The translations under genes were made by a program, and so were the position numbers. Positions 6,573-16,493 of a stretch of DNA of 64,000 nucleotides are shown here, piece by piece (position 1 is the first letter of the stretch; each line of letters starts with the position of its first letter). Origin of the DNA: an uncultured Flavobacteriales bacterium. Lineage in GTDB: Bacteria; Bacteroidota; Bacteroidia; Flavobacteriales_D; Sanyastnellaceae. Under the pieces are notes generated by a model. The model had not been told where the DNA came from. It saw nothing but the letters and a program-made list of their open reading frames with translations, and searched no databases. The DNA lies in NCBI GenBank assembly GCA_913041135.1, contig CAJWIF010000002.1, positions 741 through 64,740 on the forward strand. The letters are read 5' to 3'.

Positions 6573-8522
6573 ATGAATCGTCAAACCGCTTTCGCTCTAA
6601 TTATGCCCATGATGGGCATTCTGTTGGTGCTTCTGATTTCAGGAGCGGCCGATCCCGAAGTAGCGTTTCATGGGGATGATGCCGCAGAAATGCGTTGGAG
6701 AATGGGGGAGCTCTGTACAGAGCAGGGGGTGTATTTCACAGGTTCTGGAAATTGTGTGAATTGCCACGCACCGGATCCTGATGGCGAGGCGCTGGTAGAT
6801 GTCGATGGACACACGGTGAGTCCCGTTGTTGATTGGCAAGCCACCATGATGGCCAATAGCGCTAAAGATCCCTTTTGGCGCGCAAAAGTGGCCCATGAAG
6901 GATTGGTGAATCCCAATCACCGCGAGTCCATCGAGAATTTGTGCACCGCTTGCCATGCGCCTCAAGGGTTCCATGAAGCGCATTTGACGGGGAAAGTTGG
7001 CCCCAATGGGTACACCATGGACCAGTTGCTTGAGGATGAATTGGGCTTGGACGGAATCGGTTGCACCGCATGCCACGGAATCGATGATGATGCGCTCGCA
7101 GGCCGATCAAATGGAGACTTGCCCATCAATCCAGACAACGTCTCTTGGGGTGGGTTTGAGAATCCATGGGATGGTTTGATGAGTGGACAAACAGGATTCA
7201 ATCCCGTGTTTGGAGAGCACATGCGCAACAGTGAAGTGTGCGCTAGCTGCCACTCGTTGTACAACCATACGCAAGACATGGAGGGAGAGGAGACAGGACA
7301 GGTGTTTTTTGAACAAACGACCTATTTGGAGTGGGTCAACTCTGCCTACAATGCGGAAAATGTCCAGTGCCAATCATGCCACATGCCACTGGTGGAGGGG
7401 GGCGCTATTGCGGCTACTCAGCCCAATTGGTTGTTCAACCAACGCTTCGGAAAACATCACTTGGTCGGAGGAAATGCCTTCATGCTGAAGTTGATGAGGG
7501 ACCAAGCGGTGGCGCTGGAATTGAGCGCGACGAGTGTGCAATTTGATAGCACCATAGCGCGCACGGAACGATCTCTTCAAACGCAAACGGCCGAGTTGGA
7601 AGTGCGTCAATTGGCCTCCGAAGCGGGCAACTGGGAGTTTGAGGTGGAGGTGCGCAACTTGGCGGGTCACAAGTTTCCAAGCGGCTATCCTTCGCGGATC
7701 GCGTTCATTGAATTCGAATTGCAAGATTCCGATGGAAACACCTTATTCCATAGCGGAAAATGGACGCCAGAAACGGGTGTAATTGGAAGGGATGAGGAGT
7801 GGGAGCCGCACTGGGAAACCATAGAATCAGAGGACCAGGTGCAGGTGTATGAAATGGTGATTGGGGATGTAACGGGAGCGCCTACACAAGTGCTTGAACG
7901 CGCCTCGGTATTGATCAAAGACAACCGCCTTCCTCCCCGGGGATTTTTCACGAGCCACGCAGCTTATGATACGGTGCAATTTGGTCCGATGGCAGCGCTC
8001 GATCACAACTTCAATCGCACGGCGCAGACCAATGAGGAAGGCTCAGGCTCTGATCGTTTGAGGTACCGGATTTCGAATGATCTCAATGCAGTAACTGTTC
8101 AGGCTGAAGTCACTTTGCATTATCTCGCTGTCCCGGCCCGTTGGGTTCAGAGTATGTTTGAATGGTCTGAGGACTCAGAAGAAATCGCGTCTTTCCAGGT
8201 CATGTTCGAATCAGCGGATCGTACACCCGTGGTGGTGGCTTCCTCTTCGGCAATGGGTTATCGCGGGTTCAATCAGGATGAGTCGGAATGGCGTTTAGCG
8301 CCAAGCGTCATTGGATCTGACCAGCCTCTTCGACTGATCCCTCCTGGAGCTGTGGTTCCGCTCGAGGTTTTACTGGTTGACGGAAGCGGGCGGATTGTAA
8401 GGTCTGTTCCGGCCAATGCTGCGCTCCAAGGATTTGATGTGTCTGATTTGGCTAGTGGATCTTTCTTTGTTCGTGTACGCACAGAGATCGATTGGAGGGT
8501 CCTAAAGGGAGTGAAGCTATAG
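6573..8522 (+). CDS. multihaem (five CxxCH) cytochrome c family protein with T9SS-like C-terminal domain
   Basis: Five haem-binding motifs: CVNCH, CTACH, CTACH, CASCH, CQSCH. Signal peptide from ATG 6573 (MNRQTAFALIMPMMGILLVLL). A non-haem region of about 300 aa follows. The C-terminal ~75 aa (LRLIPP...LLVDGSGRIVRSV...GSFFVRVR) resemble a type A T9SS tail. Confidence 0.8.
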   Translation: MNRQTAFALIMPMMGILLVLLISGAADPEVAFHGDDAAEMRWRMGELCTEQGVYFTGSGNCVNCHAPDPDGEALVDVDGHTVSPVVDWQATMMANSAKDPFWRAKVAHEGLVNPNHRESIENLCTACHAPQGFHEAHLTGKVGPNGYTMDQLLEDELGLDGIGCTACHGIDDDALAGRSNGDLPINPDNVSWGGFENPWDGLMSGQTGFNPVFGEHMRNSEVCASCHSLYNHTQDMEGEETGQVFFEQTTYLEWVNSAYNAENVQCQSCHMPLVEGGAIAATQPNWLFNQRFGKHHLVGGNAFMLKLMRDQAVALELSATSVQFDSTIARTERSLQTQTAELEVRQLASEAGNWEFEVEVRNLAGHKFPSGYPSRIAFIEFELQDSDGNTLFHSGKWTPETGVIGRDEEWEPHWETIESEDQVQVYEMVIGDVTGAPTQVLERASVLIKDNRLPPRGFFTSHAAYDTVQFGPMAALDHNFNRTAQTNEEGSGSDRLRYRISNDLNAVTVQAEVTLHYLAVPARWVQSMFEWSEDSEEIASFQVMFESADRTPVVVASSSAMGYRGFNQDESEWRLAPSVIGSDQPLRLIPPGAVVPLEVLLVDGSGRIVRSVPANAALQGFDVSDLASGSFFVRVRTEIDWRVLKGVKL

Positions 8523-8595
8523 AGTGCATAGCACGGCGAGATGAAAGGGGGTGAGACTATCCTTACTCAAGCCTTCACGCAAGCAAAAATGACTT

Positions 8596-9816
8596 CTAAA
8601 CTCGTTGACTTTTTATTGCTTTGGAACGCCGCTTGAATTCAGTGCGTATCAACTCCAATTCTCTTGAGGATTGACCTGCAACGGAGGTGTTTTCTTCCGC
8701 GCGGCGTATGAGGTACGGAATCGTTTCTCGAATCGGGCCGTATGGAACATACTTCGCGACGTTATATCCTGCAGCTGCCAAATTGAAACTAATGGGGTCG
8801 CTCATGCCGAGCAACTGAGCGAACCAAATCCGGTCGTCTCCAACGGCCAATCCCGCTTCTTTCATTTTCGAACACAAAAGCAAACTGCTAGCCTCGTTGT
8901 GACTTCCGGCGCAGAGGGAGACGGAATCTATGTGCTCAACGCACCAATCAAGCGCAGCGTCGTAATCCCGATCGGTAGCTTGTTTGTCGGGCTGAATCGG
9001 CGATGGGACTCCGATTCTGGTGGCACGTAAACGCTCTTTTTCCATATAGGCGCCGCGTACGAGTTTCACCCCTAGACGGAACCCGGAGGATTGTGCCTTC
9101 TCCGTCAACGCTTTTAAATAGGCCAACCGATCGTGACGGTACAATTGAACAGTGGTGAAGACCAATGCCAGGGTGCGATTGTGCAACAGCATCTGTTCTT
9201 CTGCCAAGAGATCAATGGCCGGTTGAAGCCAGCTTTCTTCCGCGTCGATGAATACGGGAGTTTTGATGCGCGCAGCTTCAGCGCACAAAGCAGCCACACG
9301 GGTTCGTACACGCTGCCAAGCCTCACGTTGTTCGTTCGTCAACGTCTTTCCTTCAGATACCAACTCTAAAACCAGGGTGGGTGCGATGCCGCTCACTTTA
9401 AAAACGCCGAAAGCGTGATGAGGGTCTTGGTCAGTGGCTTTGATAGCTTCGAGAATGGAGTCAAATGTGGACTCCAGTTCATCTTCGGTTTCTTTGCCTT
9501 CTGCGCTATAATCTAAAATGGTCTGAACGCCAGATGCGTACAACTTATTGACTTGTGTTTCGCACCCTTCAATCGTTTCCCCGCCGCAGAAATGACTGTA
9601 AATGGTGGGTCGAATGGCCCAACCGATGGGGATTCGAAGTGCCAAAGCCCACTGCATAAGGATTTTTCCGACACCGACTAGCTTGGCGTTTCCGACCGTT
9701 TGAAACAAAACGAGTGCACGGCGCAATTCTCCAGAACTGAGGTGAGCGTATGCTTTCTCCGTGTTGTTGAAGTCGGGTAACCCGGTGGGTTTGTCTTTTG
9801 AGTATGTCGCTGGCAT
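8596..9816 (-). CDS. proline dehydrogenase (monofunctional PRODH)
   Basis: 406 aa. VKLVRGAYMEKER, the QLLGMSD-type motif and RRAEENTSV are typical of the PutA PRODH domain. Confidence 0.85.
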   Translation of the reverse strand: MPATYSKDKPTGLPDFNNTEKAYAHLSSGELRRALVLFQTVGNAKLVGVGKILMQWALALRIPIGWAIRPTIYSHFCGGETIEGCETQVNKLYASGVQTILDYSAEGKETEDELESTFDSILEAIKATDQDPHHAFGVFKVSGIAPTLVLELVSEGKTLTNEQREAWQRVRTRVAALCAEAARIKTPVFIDAEESWLQPAIDLLAEEQMLLHNRTLALVFTTVQLYRHDRLAYLKALTEKAQSSGFRLGVKLVRGAYMEKERLRATRIGVPSPIQPDKQATDRDYDAALDWCVEHIDSVSLCAGSHNEASSLLLCSKMKEAGLAVGDDRIWFAQLLGMSDPISFNLAAAGYNVAKYVPYGPIRETIPYLIRRAEENTSVAGQSSRELELIRTEFKRRSKAIKSQRV

Positions 9817-9845
9817 GGCTCAGTTCCAGATCATTTCGTGGATAG

Positions 9846-9853
9846 CAAAGATA
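9846..9853 (-). promoter_or_regulatory. -7 promoter box TATCTTTG for proline dehydrogenase
   Basis: The reverse complement of caaagata is a perfect TAnnTTTG match, 30 nt upstream of the ATG at 9816. Confidence 0.4.
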
Positions 9854-9941
9854 CGGCGGTGGACCGCTTCGTGCGAACTGTTTCAATTCAGTTTCGGGGC
9901 GGTTACGGAGGGTGTATATTCGTACTTCAATCTAGATAAAA

Positions 9942-11333
9942 ATGAGTGACTGCAACGCCTATATCGACGCCAACCGAGATCGATTCCTTGAAGAACTATT
10001 GGACTTACTTCGAATCCCATCGGTGTCCGCGGATCCGGCATTTGCTCCGGATGTTTTGCGTTGTGCTGAGAATGTAGCCGCAAATTTGAAAGCGGCAGGG
10101 GCGGAAAATGTAGAGATTATTGAAACGGAAGGCTACCCGGTCGTTTATGGAGATCGACATGTGTCTGCTGATTTGCCAACCGTTTTGGTTTATGGTCACT
10201 ATGATGTTCAGCCGGCCGATCCATTGGAATTATGGGACAGTCCCGCATTCGAACCGATCATCAAGAAAACAGAGTTGCACCCTGAAGGGGCCATTTTCGC
10301 AAGAGGAGCATGCGACGACAAGGGACAGTTCTTCATGCATGTCAAAGCCTTTGAAGCGATGGTGCAATCGGACGCCTTAGCGTGCAACATCAAGTTCATG
10401 ATTGAGGGCGAAGAGGAAGTGGGGTCTGCTCACTTGGAATCGTTTTTGGAGAAACACAAAGAAAAACTAGCTGCTGACATCGTGTTGGTGAGCGATACCG
10501 GGATCATCGCCAAGGACATCCCATCCATCACCGTAGGGTTGCGCGGATTGAGTTATGTTGAAGTCGAAATCACCGGCCCCAATCGGGACTTGCACAGTGG
10601 TTTGTATGGAGGTGCGGCACCCAACCCCATCAATATCTTGTGTGAAATGATTGCCTCACTCAAGGACGAAGACCAGCGCATTACAGTGGATGGTTTTTAC
10701 AATGATGTCGTTGAATTGTCGGATGCCGAGCGGGCTGCGATGGCGAAGGCCCCATTCAGTGAAGAGGGGTATAAGAAGAGCATTGACATCGGGGCGATCG
10801 AAGGCGAGGCTGGCTATTCGGCCCCTGAGCGCATGAGCATTCGACCCACTTTGGATGTGAACGGAATGTGGGGAGGGTATACGGGTGATGGAGCCAAAAC
10901 GGTGATTGCGAGCAAGGCAATGGCCAAAATCTCGATGCGCCTTGTACCCAATCAAGACCCTGATCAGATCACGGAATTGTTTACTCGACACTTTGAAGCC
11001 ATCGCACCTCCATCGGTCAAAGTCAAGGTTACACCGCATCACGGTGGACAACCGGCCGTTACACCAACCGACTCAATCGCCTACAAGGCCGCCTCCATGG
11101 CAATGGAAGCATCATTTGGTCGGACACCGGTGCCCTTTCGCGGAGGGGGATCCATTCCAATTGTAGCCAGTTTTGAAAATATTCTGGGATTGAAAACTGT
11201 TTTGATGGGCTTCGGTTTGGACAGCGATGCCATCCACTCACCGAATGAGCATTACGGCGTCTTCAATTACTTTAAAGGCATCGAGACCATTCCGCTTTTT
11301 TACAAGCATTACGCTAATTTGAGCCGCTCGTGA
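9942..11333 (+). CDS. M20-family dipeptidase
   Basis: 463 aa. VYGHYDVQPADP, GACDDKGQ, IEGEEEVGS and the length fit M20 dipeptidases. Confidence 0.85.
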   Translation: MSDCNAYIDANRDRFLEELLDLLRIPSVSADPAFAPDVLRCAENVAANLKAAGAENVEIIETEGYPVVYGDRHVSADLPTVLVYGHYDVQPADPLELWDSPAFEPIIKKTELHPEGAIFARGACDDKGQFFMHVKAFEAMVQSDALACNIKFMIEGEEEVGSAHLESFLEKHKEKLAADIVLVSDTGIIAKDIPSITVGLRGLSYVEVEITGPNRDLHSGLYGGAAPNPINILCEMIASLKDEDQRITVDGFYNDVVELSDAERAAMAKAPFSEEGYKKSIDIGAIEGEAGYSAPERMSIRPTLDVNGMWGGYTGDGAKTVIASKAMAKISMRLVPNQDPDQITELFTRHFEAIAPPSVKVKVTPHHGGQPAVTPTDSIAYKAASMAMEASFGRTPVPFRGGGSIPIVASFENILGLKTVLMGFGLDSDAIHSPNEHYGVFNYFKGIETIPLFYKHYANLSRS

Positions 11334-11776
11334 GCCGCTTATTGACAATATCCCTCCTTGTCTTGCTTAGCGGATGCCAGTGGTGGCAGGACGTTGAAGT
11401 GGTACGGATTGAGGGACTCTCTGATATCGCCATTTCGTTGGATGGCATGCAAGGGGAAGTGCAGGTATTGGTCAAGAATCCCAATGGATTTGACATCAAA
11501 GCACAAGAGGTGGATGTCAATATGTATGTCGGTGAAGACCGAATCGCCACGGTCACCTTACCGGGTGTCCAAGTGCTTGAGGCGCGCTCTGAGTCCATGC
11601 TGGTTATGAATGTCCAATCGGATCCCGGAGCATTGAAAAGATTACTACAAAACCAGCTGCTCCAGTTGTTTGGAGGGAATGCTGTCGAATTCCGAACCGT
11701 TGGTACTGTGCGCGGAAAGGCCTTTGGCTTGAACATCGCCATTCCCATTGAATCAATTGAAGAAATCAACCTGTAA
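11330..11776 (+). CDS. LEA type 2 (NDR1/HIN1-like) family lipoprotein
   Basis: Lipobox LLSGC. An immunoglobulin-like region (VQVLVKNPNGFDIKAQEVDVNMYVGEDRIATVTLP) resembles the LEA_2 domain. The GTG start overlaps the upstream stop. Confidence 0.5.
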   Translation: MSRLLTISLLVLLSGCQWWQDVEVVRIEGLSDIAISLDGMQGEVQVLVKNPNGFDIKAQEVDVNMYVGEDRIATVTLPGVQVLEARSESMLVMNVQSDPGALKRLLQNQLLQLFGGNAVEFRTVGTVRGKAFGLNIAIPIESIEEINL

Positions 11777-11788
11777 CGCGTAACACTG

Positions 11789-14700
11789 ATGTATTGTATT
11801 AAACGCCTTTCCTTTCTCTGTTCATTGCTCCTGCTTTCGGGCCAATGGGGCGCAGTGCAGGCCCAAGATGTGGATGCTTTTATCGAAGGAATGAACATTC
11901 GGCACATCGGTCCAGGTGCCATGAGTGGTCGGGTTACGACCATTGATGTAGAACGAAACCGTCCAGAAGTTATTTACGTGGGAACGGCGAGTGGAGGCTT
12001 ATGGCGCAGCGAAACAGCAGGCGTAGAATGGGAGCCGTTGTTCGATGATCAGCCGACTCAGAGCATAGGAGCGGTCGCGTTGGCACCCTCCAATCCCGAT
12101 GTCATTTGGGTGGGGACAGGAGAAGGCAATCCACGCAACTCACATTCGAGCGGCCGCGGTGTATTCCGAAGCATCGACGGAGGCTATTCTTGGGAAATGA
12201 TGGGCCTTGAAAACACCCATAACATTCATCGTATTATCATTCATCCGACAGATCACCAGACCGTTTGGGTCGGGGTCACAGGAACGGCATGGGGGGACAG
12301 TCCGAATCGTGGGGTGTATAAAACAACAGACGGAGGCAAGAGTTGGGAGCACGTGTTGTATACGGATGAAAGTACCGGTGTGGCGGACATGATTATCGAC
12401 CCTTCCAATCCGGATAAATTGCTGGTGGCCATGTGGTCACACCGTCGTCAACCCTGGTTCTTTACCAGTGGAGGCGAAGGCAGCGCATTGCACATCACGC
12501 ATGACGGCGGTTCGACATGGAAAAAATTAACGGACGAAGAGGGATTGCCAGGAGGTGAACTTGGGCGGATCGGCTTGGCTGTGAGTGCGGCCAATCCAGA
12601 TGTGATCTATGCCCTGGTAGAATCCACGAATACCGGGTTGTATCATTCTAAAGATGGGGGTGTTTCATGGAGCTTGATTCAAAGAGACAACATTGGAAAC
12701 CGGCCGTTTTATTATGCGGACATCTATGCAGATCCGTCAGACGAGCGCCGGTTATTCAACTTATATAGCATGGTCGATCTGAGTGAGGATGGAGGACGGA
12801 CCTTTCGTACCATCCTACCATATAGTGGAGTGCATCCGGACCATCATGCCTTTTACATCCATCCAGACAATCCAAATTTCCTCATTGACGGAAATGATGG
12901 CGGCTTGAATATTAGCCGGGATGGCGGCAAGTCGTGGACGTTCGTCAACAATTTGCCCCTAGGCCAGTTTTACCACATCGCCGTGGACATGGCGGTGCCG
13001 TATAGGATTTATGGAGGAATGCAGGACAATGGGTCGTGGGTCGGACCCAGCGAAGTGTGGCACTCCGGTGGGATTCGCAATGAAGATTGGCAGGAAGTGA
13101 TGTTCGGGGATGGCTTCGATGTACTGCCTGCTCCCGGGGATTTGAACACAGCGTATGCCATGTACCAGGGCGGCTCATTGGCGCGCATTGATTTGCGCAA
13201 CGGCAATCAAAGTTCGATCCAACCGGTGCAGCCGGATACGGTGCCCTTGCGATTCGCGTGGAATGCTGCGATTGCAGCTGACCCAGCGGATTCGAATGGT
13301 CTTTATTTCGGTTCTCAAATGGTACACCACAGCGCAAATCGAGGCGGGACGTGGACGACTTTGAGTGGAGACCTGACGACAAACGATCCTGAAAAATTGA
13401 AGCAAGCGGAATCGGGCGGCTTGACCATCGATGCCACCCAGGCTGAAAACCATTGTACCATCTTGTGCATTGCGCCGAATCCATTGCGCCCAGAGGAGTT
13501 GTGGGTGGGAACCGATGATGGACGGATCCAGCATTCTCGAGATGGAGGGGCAACATGGATCGATCATGCGCTCGATATCAAGCGATTCCCTGTGGGGGCG
13601 TGGATTCCGCAAATCCATGTGAGTCCGCATGATGCCGATGAGGTGTATGTGGTGGTGAACGACTACCGGCGAAACAATTGGAATCCATACCTCTATCGCA
13701 CCACGGATGCAGGAAGCACGTGGGTCAGATTGGTGATGGAAGGGGGGGAGGTCACTGGCCATGCTCTCTCTGTTGTGCAGGATCCTGAGGAGGCGTCCTT
13801 GTTATTTTTGGGCACTGAAGAGGGGCTCTTTGTTAGTTTCGATCGAGGAGCGAATTGGAAGCGTTGGACGCACGATGTACCATCGGTTCCCGTCAGGGAC
13901 ATGGTCATTCATCCACGGGATGGAGATCTGGTATTGGGCACCTTTGGTCGTGCAGCCTATGTGATGGACGATATCGCTCCCTTGAGAGCGCTCGCGACTG
14001 AAGGAAACGGAGTGATGGCAGATGTGCTTCGGGTTTTCCCAGTATCGGATGCACACTTGGTGAATTACCGCCGTCCATTGGGCGCGCGCTTTGGAGCAGA
14101 CCACCAATGGATCGGAGAGAATCATGATCGTGGCGCGTTGATTCAATTGTACATCCAACCCGATTCAGCGGAAGCAGCTGATGAAGACGCGGTGAAATGG
14201 GCCATTCTAGACGCACAGGGCGATACGTTGCGTGAGGGCGAGCGGGATGCGGAAGCGGGACTGCATTCATTCACTTGGCGACTGGATACACACGGTGTGG
14301 ATTGGCCACGACGCGGATTGCCGGAAGCGTCTGGGGTCACATCAGGTGGCGGTCCTAATATTTTGCCCGGAACGTATCAGGTGATGGTCTCGTTTGGCGA
14401 TCAACGCGATTCGGCAGCAATCACAGTGCATGCGGACCCCCGTGTGCCATATGACCGCGCAGCACAAGAAGCGCGCATTGCATTCCAACAGGATGTGATG
14501 TCAGAGGTGGATCAAATTGCCGTGGCCATGGCTTCTATTCAACGGGGATTGGCCACAATGAAGGTGGTAGATAAGGAGTTGCAGCATCTACCAGACTCGT
14601 TGACGGAGGATTTGACACAGTTGTCAGACTCACTCAAAACGGCATTTTTGGATGCTGAAGCGATGTATACGGAACCAGAAGACTTCAAAGGAATAGAAAG

Positions 14701-14929
14701 CGTCACGGAGCGGTTGAGCTCTGTGATGTGGAATGCCTTTTCGATCAATGGCGGTGACACCGCGCCGGCGGGGAATGCCCAACGCGCATTGGAACGTTTG
14801 CGTGAAGAGGGAACCGAATTTGCAGGTGCGGTTCAAGAAATCATGGACGGCCTTTGGATGAGTTGGTTGGACGCCGTGGATGCTGTGGACCGATCGCCTC
14901 GGCGCATTTTCGACGCTACAGATCAATAG
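11789..14929 (+). CDS. BNR/Asp-box repeat (sortilin/VPS10-like) beta-propeller protein
   Basis: 1046 aa with a signal peptide. About ten Asp-box motifs: SIDGGYSW, TTDGGKSW, THDGGSTW, SKDGGVSW, SRDGGKSW, SRDGGATW, TTDAGSTW and others. Confidence 0.75.
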   Translation: MYCIKRLSFLCSLLLLSGQWGAVQAQDVDAFIEGMNIRHIGPGAMSGRVTTIDVERNRPEVIYVGTASGGLWRSETAGVEWEPLFDDQPTQSIGAVALAPSNPDVIWVGTGEGNPRNSHSSGRGVFRSIDGGYSWEMMGLENTHNIHRIIIHPTDHQTVWVGVTGTAWGDSPNRGVYKTTDGGKSWEHVLYTDESTGVADMIIDPSNPDKLLVAMWSHRRQPWFFTSGGEGSALHITHDGGSTWKKLTDEEGLPGGELGRIGLAVSAANPDVIYALVESTNTGLYHSKDGGVSWSLIQRDNIGNRPFYYADIYADPSDERRLFNLYSMVDLSEDGGRTFRTILPYSGVHPDHHAFYIHPDNPNFLIDGNDGGLNISRDGGKSWTFVNNLPLGQFYHIAVDMAVPYRIYGGMQDNGSWVGPSEVWHSGGIRNEDWQEVMFGDGFDVLPAPGDLNTAYAMYQGGSLARIDLRNGNQSSIQPVQPDTVPLRFAWNAAIAADPADSNGLYFGSQMVHHSANRGGTWTTLSGDLTTNDPEKLKQAESGGLTIDATQAENHCTILCIAPNPLRPEELWVGTDDGRIQHSRDGGATWIDHALDIKRFPVGAWIPQIHVSPHDADEVYVVVNDYRRNNWNPYLYRTTDAGSTWVRLVMEGGEVTGHALSVVQDPEEASLLFLGTEEGLFVSFDRGANWKRWTHDVPSVPVRDMVIHPRDGDLVLGTFGRAAYVMDDIAPLRALATEGNGVMADVLRVFPVSDAHLVNYRRPLGARFGADHQWIGENHDRGALIQLYIQPDSAEAADEDAVKWAILDAQGDTLREGERDAEAGLHSFTWRLDTHGVDWPRRGLPEASGVTSGGGPNILPGTYQVMVSFGDQRDSAAITVHADPRVPYDRAAQEARIAFQQDVMSEVDQIAVAMASIQRGLATMKVVDKELQHLPDSLTEDLTQLSDSLKTAFLDAEAMYTEPEDFKGIESVTERLSSVMWNAFSINGGDTAPAGNAQRALERLREEGTEFAGAVQEIMDGLWMSWLDAVDAVDRSPRRIFDATDQ

Positions 14930-14957
14930 CGATTCGACCACGTTGAATACGCGCTTT

Positions 14958-15593
14958 TTAGATCCTCCAAGCGACCATCCACTGGATGGCCATGTTCATC
15001 ATGTAGTTATTCCAACCTGAAACAGTCTGTTCTGGTCGAGGGCTGATAGGCAAAAGACTCTGTGTCAATCGTACTTCGACGTCCCATTGTTCGGAGGCAT
15101 GAAGCCCGATCACTCCGATGGCGCCGAGATCGATGGGATTCAATTCAAACGAGGTAATGTCACTGAGTCCATTGCCGAAAAAATCTTCTTGTCCCTTGCC
15201 CAGCAGAATACTGGGTTGGACCCCCAATCCAAACCACCAGAAATCACTGTCTGGTTGCCACAGACGAACGAGAGGGACATCGATGTATGTGAAGCGATAC
15301 TGCCATGTGGTGTAGTCGTCATTTTTAGGGTCTGGCGGCCGACGGCTACCTTTCTGAGTCCAGAGAATACCCAACTCAGTGCTACGTGAGGACGTTCGTT
15401 GCATTGCCAACGTCGCTCCACATGTGGCACCAAACTGATTGAATCCGGAAACTTGATCTCCATGGACTTGAGTGGTTGAAAAGCCAATGGCGAGCTTCGC
15501 ACTGAAATCTACAGGCTGCTTTTCGGATTGACCTGTTACAGTCGAATGCAAAGTAAACAGCCCTAGAATGACAAGACCAAAAGCACGTATCAT
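14958..15593 (-). CDS. small outer-membrane beta-barrel (porin-family) protein
   Basis: Signal peptide from ATG 15593 (MIRAFGLVILGLFTLHS). Alternating amphipathic strands and about 212 aa. The track ORF extends to 15689, overlapping the upstream gene. Confidence 0.55.
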   Translation of the reverse strand: MIRAFGLVILGLFTLHSTVTGQSEKQPVDFSAKLAIGFSTTQVHGDQVSGFNQFGATCGATLAMQRTSSRSTELGILWTQKGSRRPPDPKNDDYTTWQYRFTYIDVPLVRLWQPDSDFWWFGLGVQPSILLGKGQEDFFGNGLSDITSFELNPIDLGAIGVIGLHASEQWDVEVRLTQSLLPISPRPEQTVSGWNNYMMNMAIQWMVAWRI

Positions 15594-15598
15594 GGTCC

Positions 15599-16477
15599 TT
15601 ATTCGGTAGGGTGGAATTCGAACGAATTCAATACGATGCCACCGGCATCTGAAACCACAACGAGGACCGTAGCATTCTCTATAACCCAAGAGTCATCCCA
15701 CGTATATGTCACAGAATGAGTCGCGACATCACCTGCTGAAGCCCCCATGGCAACATCTCCGAAGCCTAGGCCAAATGCGCCATGTACCGAACTGCGAAGA
15801 ACGTGATTGAACGCATAGTCAGCTACCAGCTCAGGGTCACTGGCGTAATCCAATTGGTAATCGTAGATATTCGATTCTAAAATGAGCAGTGCTACTTGGA
15901 TGGAGCCGGTGGTTTCTTCGTAAAATGTCCCGTGCACATGCACGTTGAGGTGGTTGTTCTCGGGAACCCAATCATGAATAATTTGAAGCCCCACCTGCGG
16001 CGTATTTGCGAGTTGTTCTGAGGTTTTGTCAGCCCATTGAGCAGGCGCCCAGAAATTACCAGCACCTCCAATTCGGTTGATCCGTCCTAAGGGATTCGCT
16101 TGAAAATCCAGTTGGTCCCAAAACAAATCGCCTTCTACTGTCGTCCAATCTGTATCGAAGTGATCATCATCTGTGTTCGCTAAGTTCCCGGCATGAATGG
16201 CCATGACCGAGACCGCGTCACCTTGATTTTCAACAATTTGCGACGCAATGATTGCTGCGTCGGGACAGTTGCCGCATTGATGCGCTGTAAAGTCTTCAAT
16301 CAGCACATGCTGCAAAGCCTCCCCAATAGGGAGTGCCGCAAAAACGGGCACAGGACCATAGGCACTCTCTTGGTACGATGTCGTGATTTCGACGACCGGA
16401 TTTTGGAGTTCATCGCAACCTAGGAAAACCAGAACGAAGGCCATCGGAAAGATGGTCAATGCTACGTGATGTCGCAT
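15599..16477 (-). CDS. Omp28-related thioredoxin-fold outer-membrane lipoprotein
   Basis: Lipobox VFLGC. IEDFTAHQCGNCP is the CxxC motif in the position characteristic of the Omp28-related family. 292 aa. Confidence 0.6.
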   Translation of the reverse strand: MRHHVALTIFPMAFVLVFLGCDELQNPVVEITTSYQESAYGPVPVFAALPIGEALQHVLIEDFTAHQCGNCPDAAIIASQIVENQGDAVSVMAIHAGNLANTDDDHFDTDWTTVEGDLFWDQLDFQANPLGRINRIGGAGNFWAPAQWADKTSEQLANTPQVGLQIIHDWVPENNHLNVHVHGTFYEETTGSIQVALLILESNIYDYQLDYASDPELVADYAFNHVLRSSVHGAFGLGFGDVAMGASAGDVATHSVTYTWDDSWVIENATVLVVVSDAGGIVLNSFEFHPTE

Positions 16478-16493
16478 GAGTTCAAAAAGAAAT

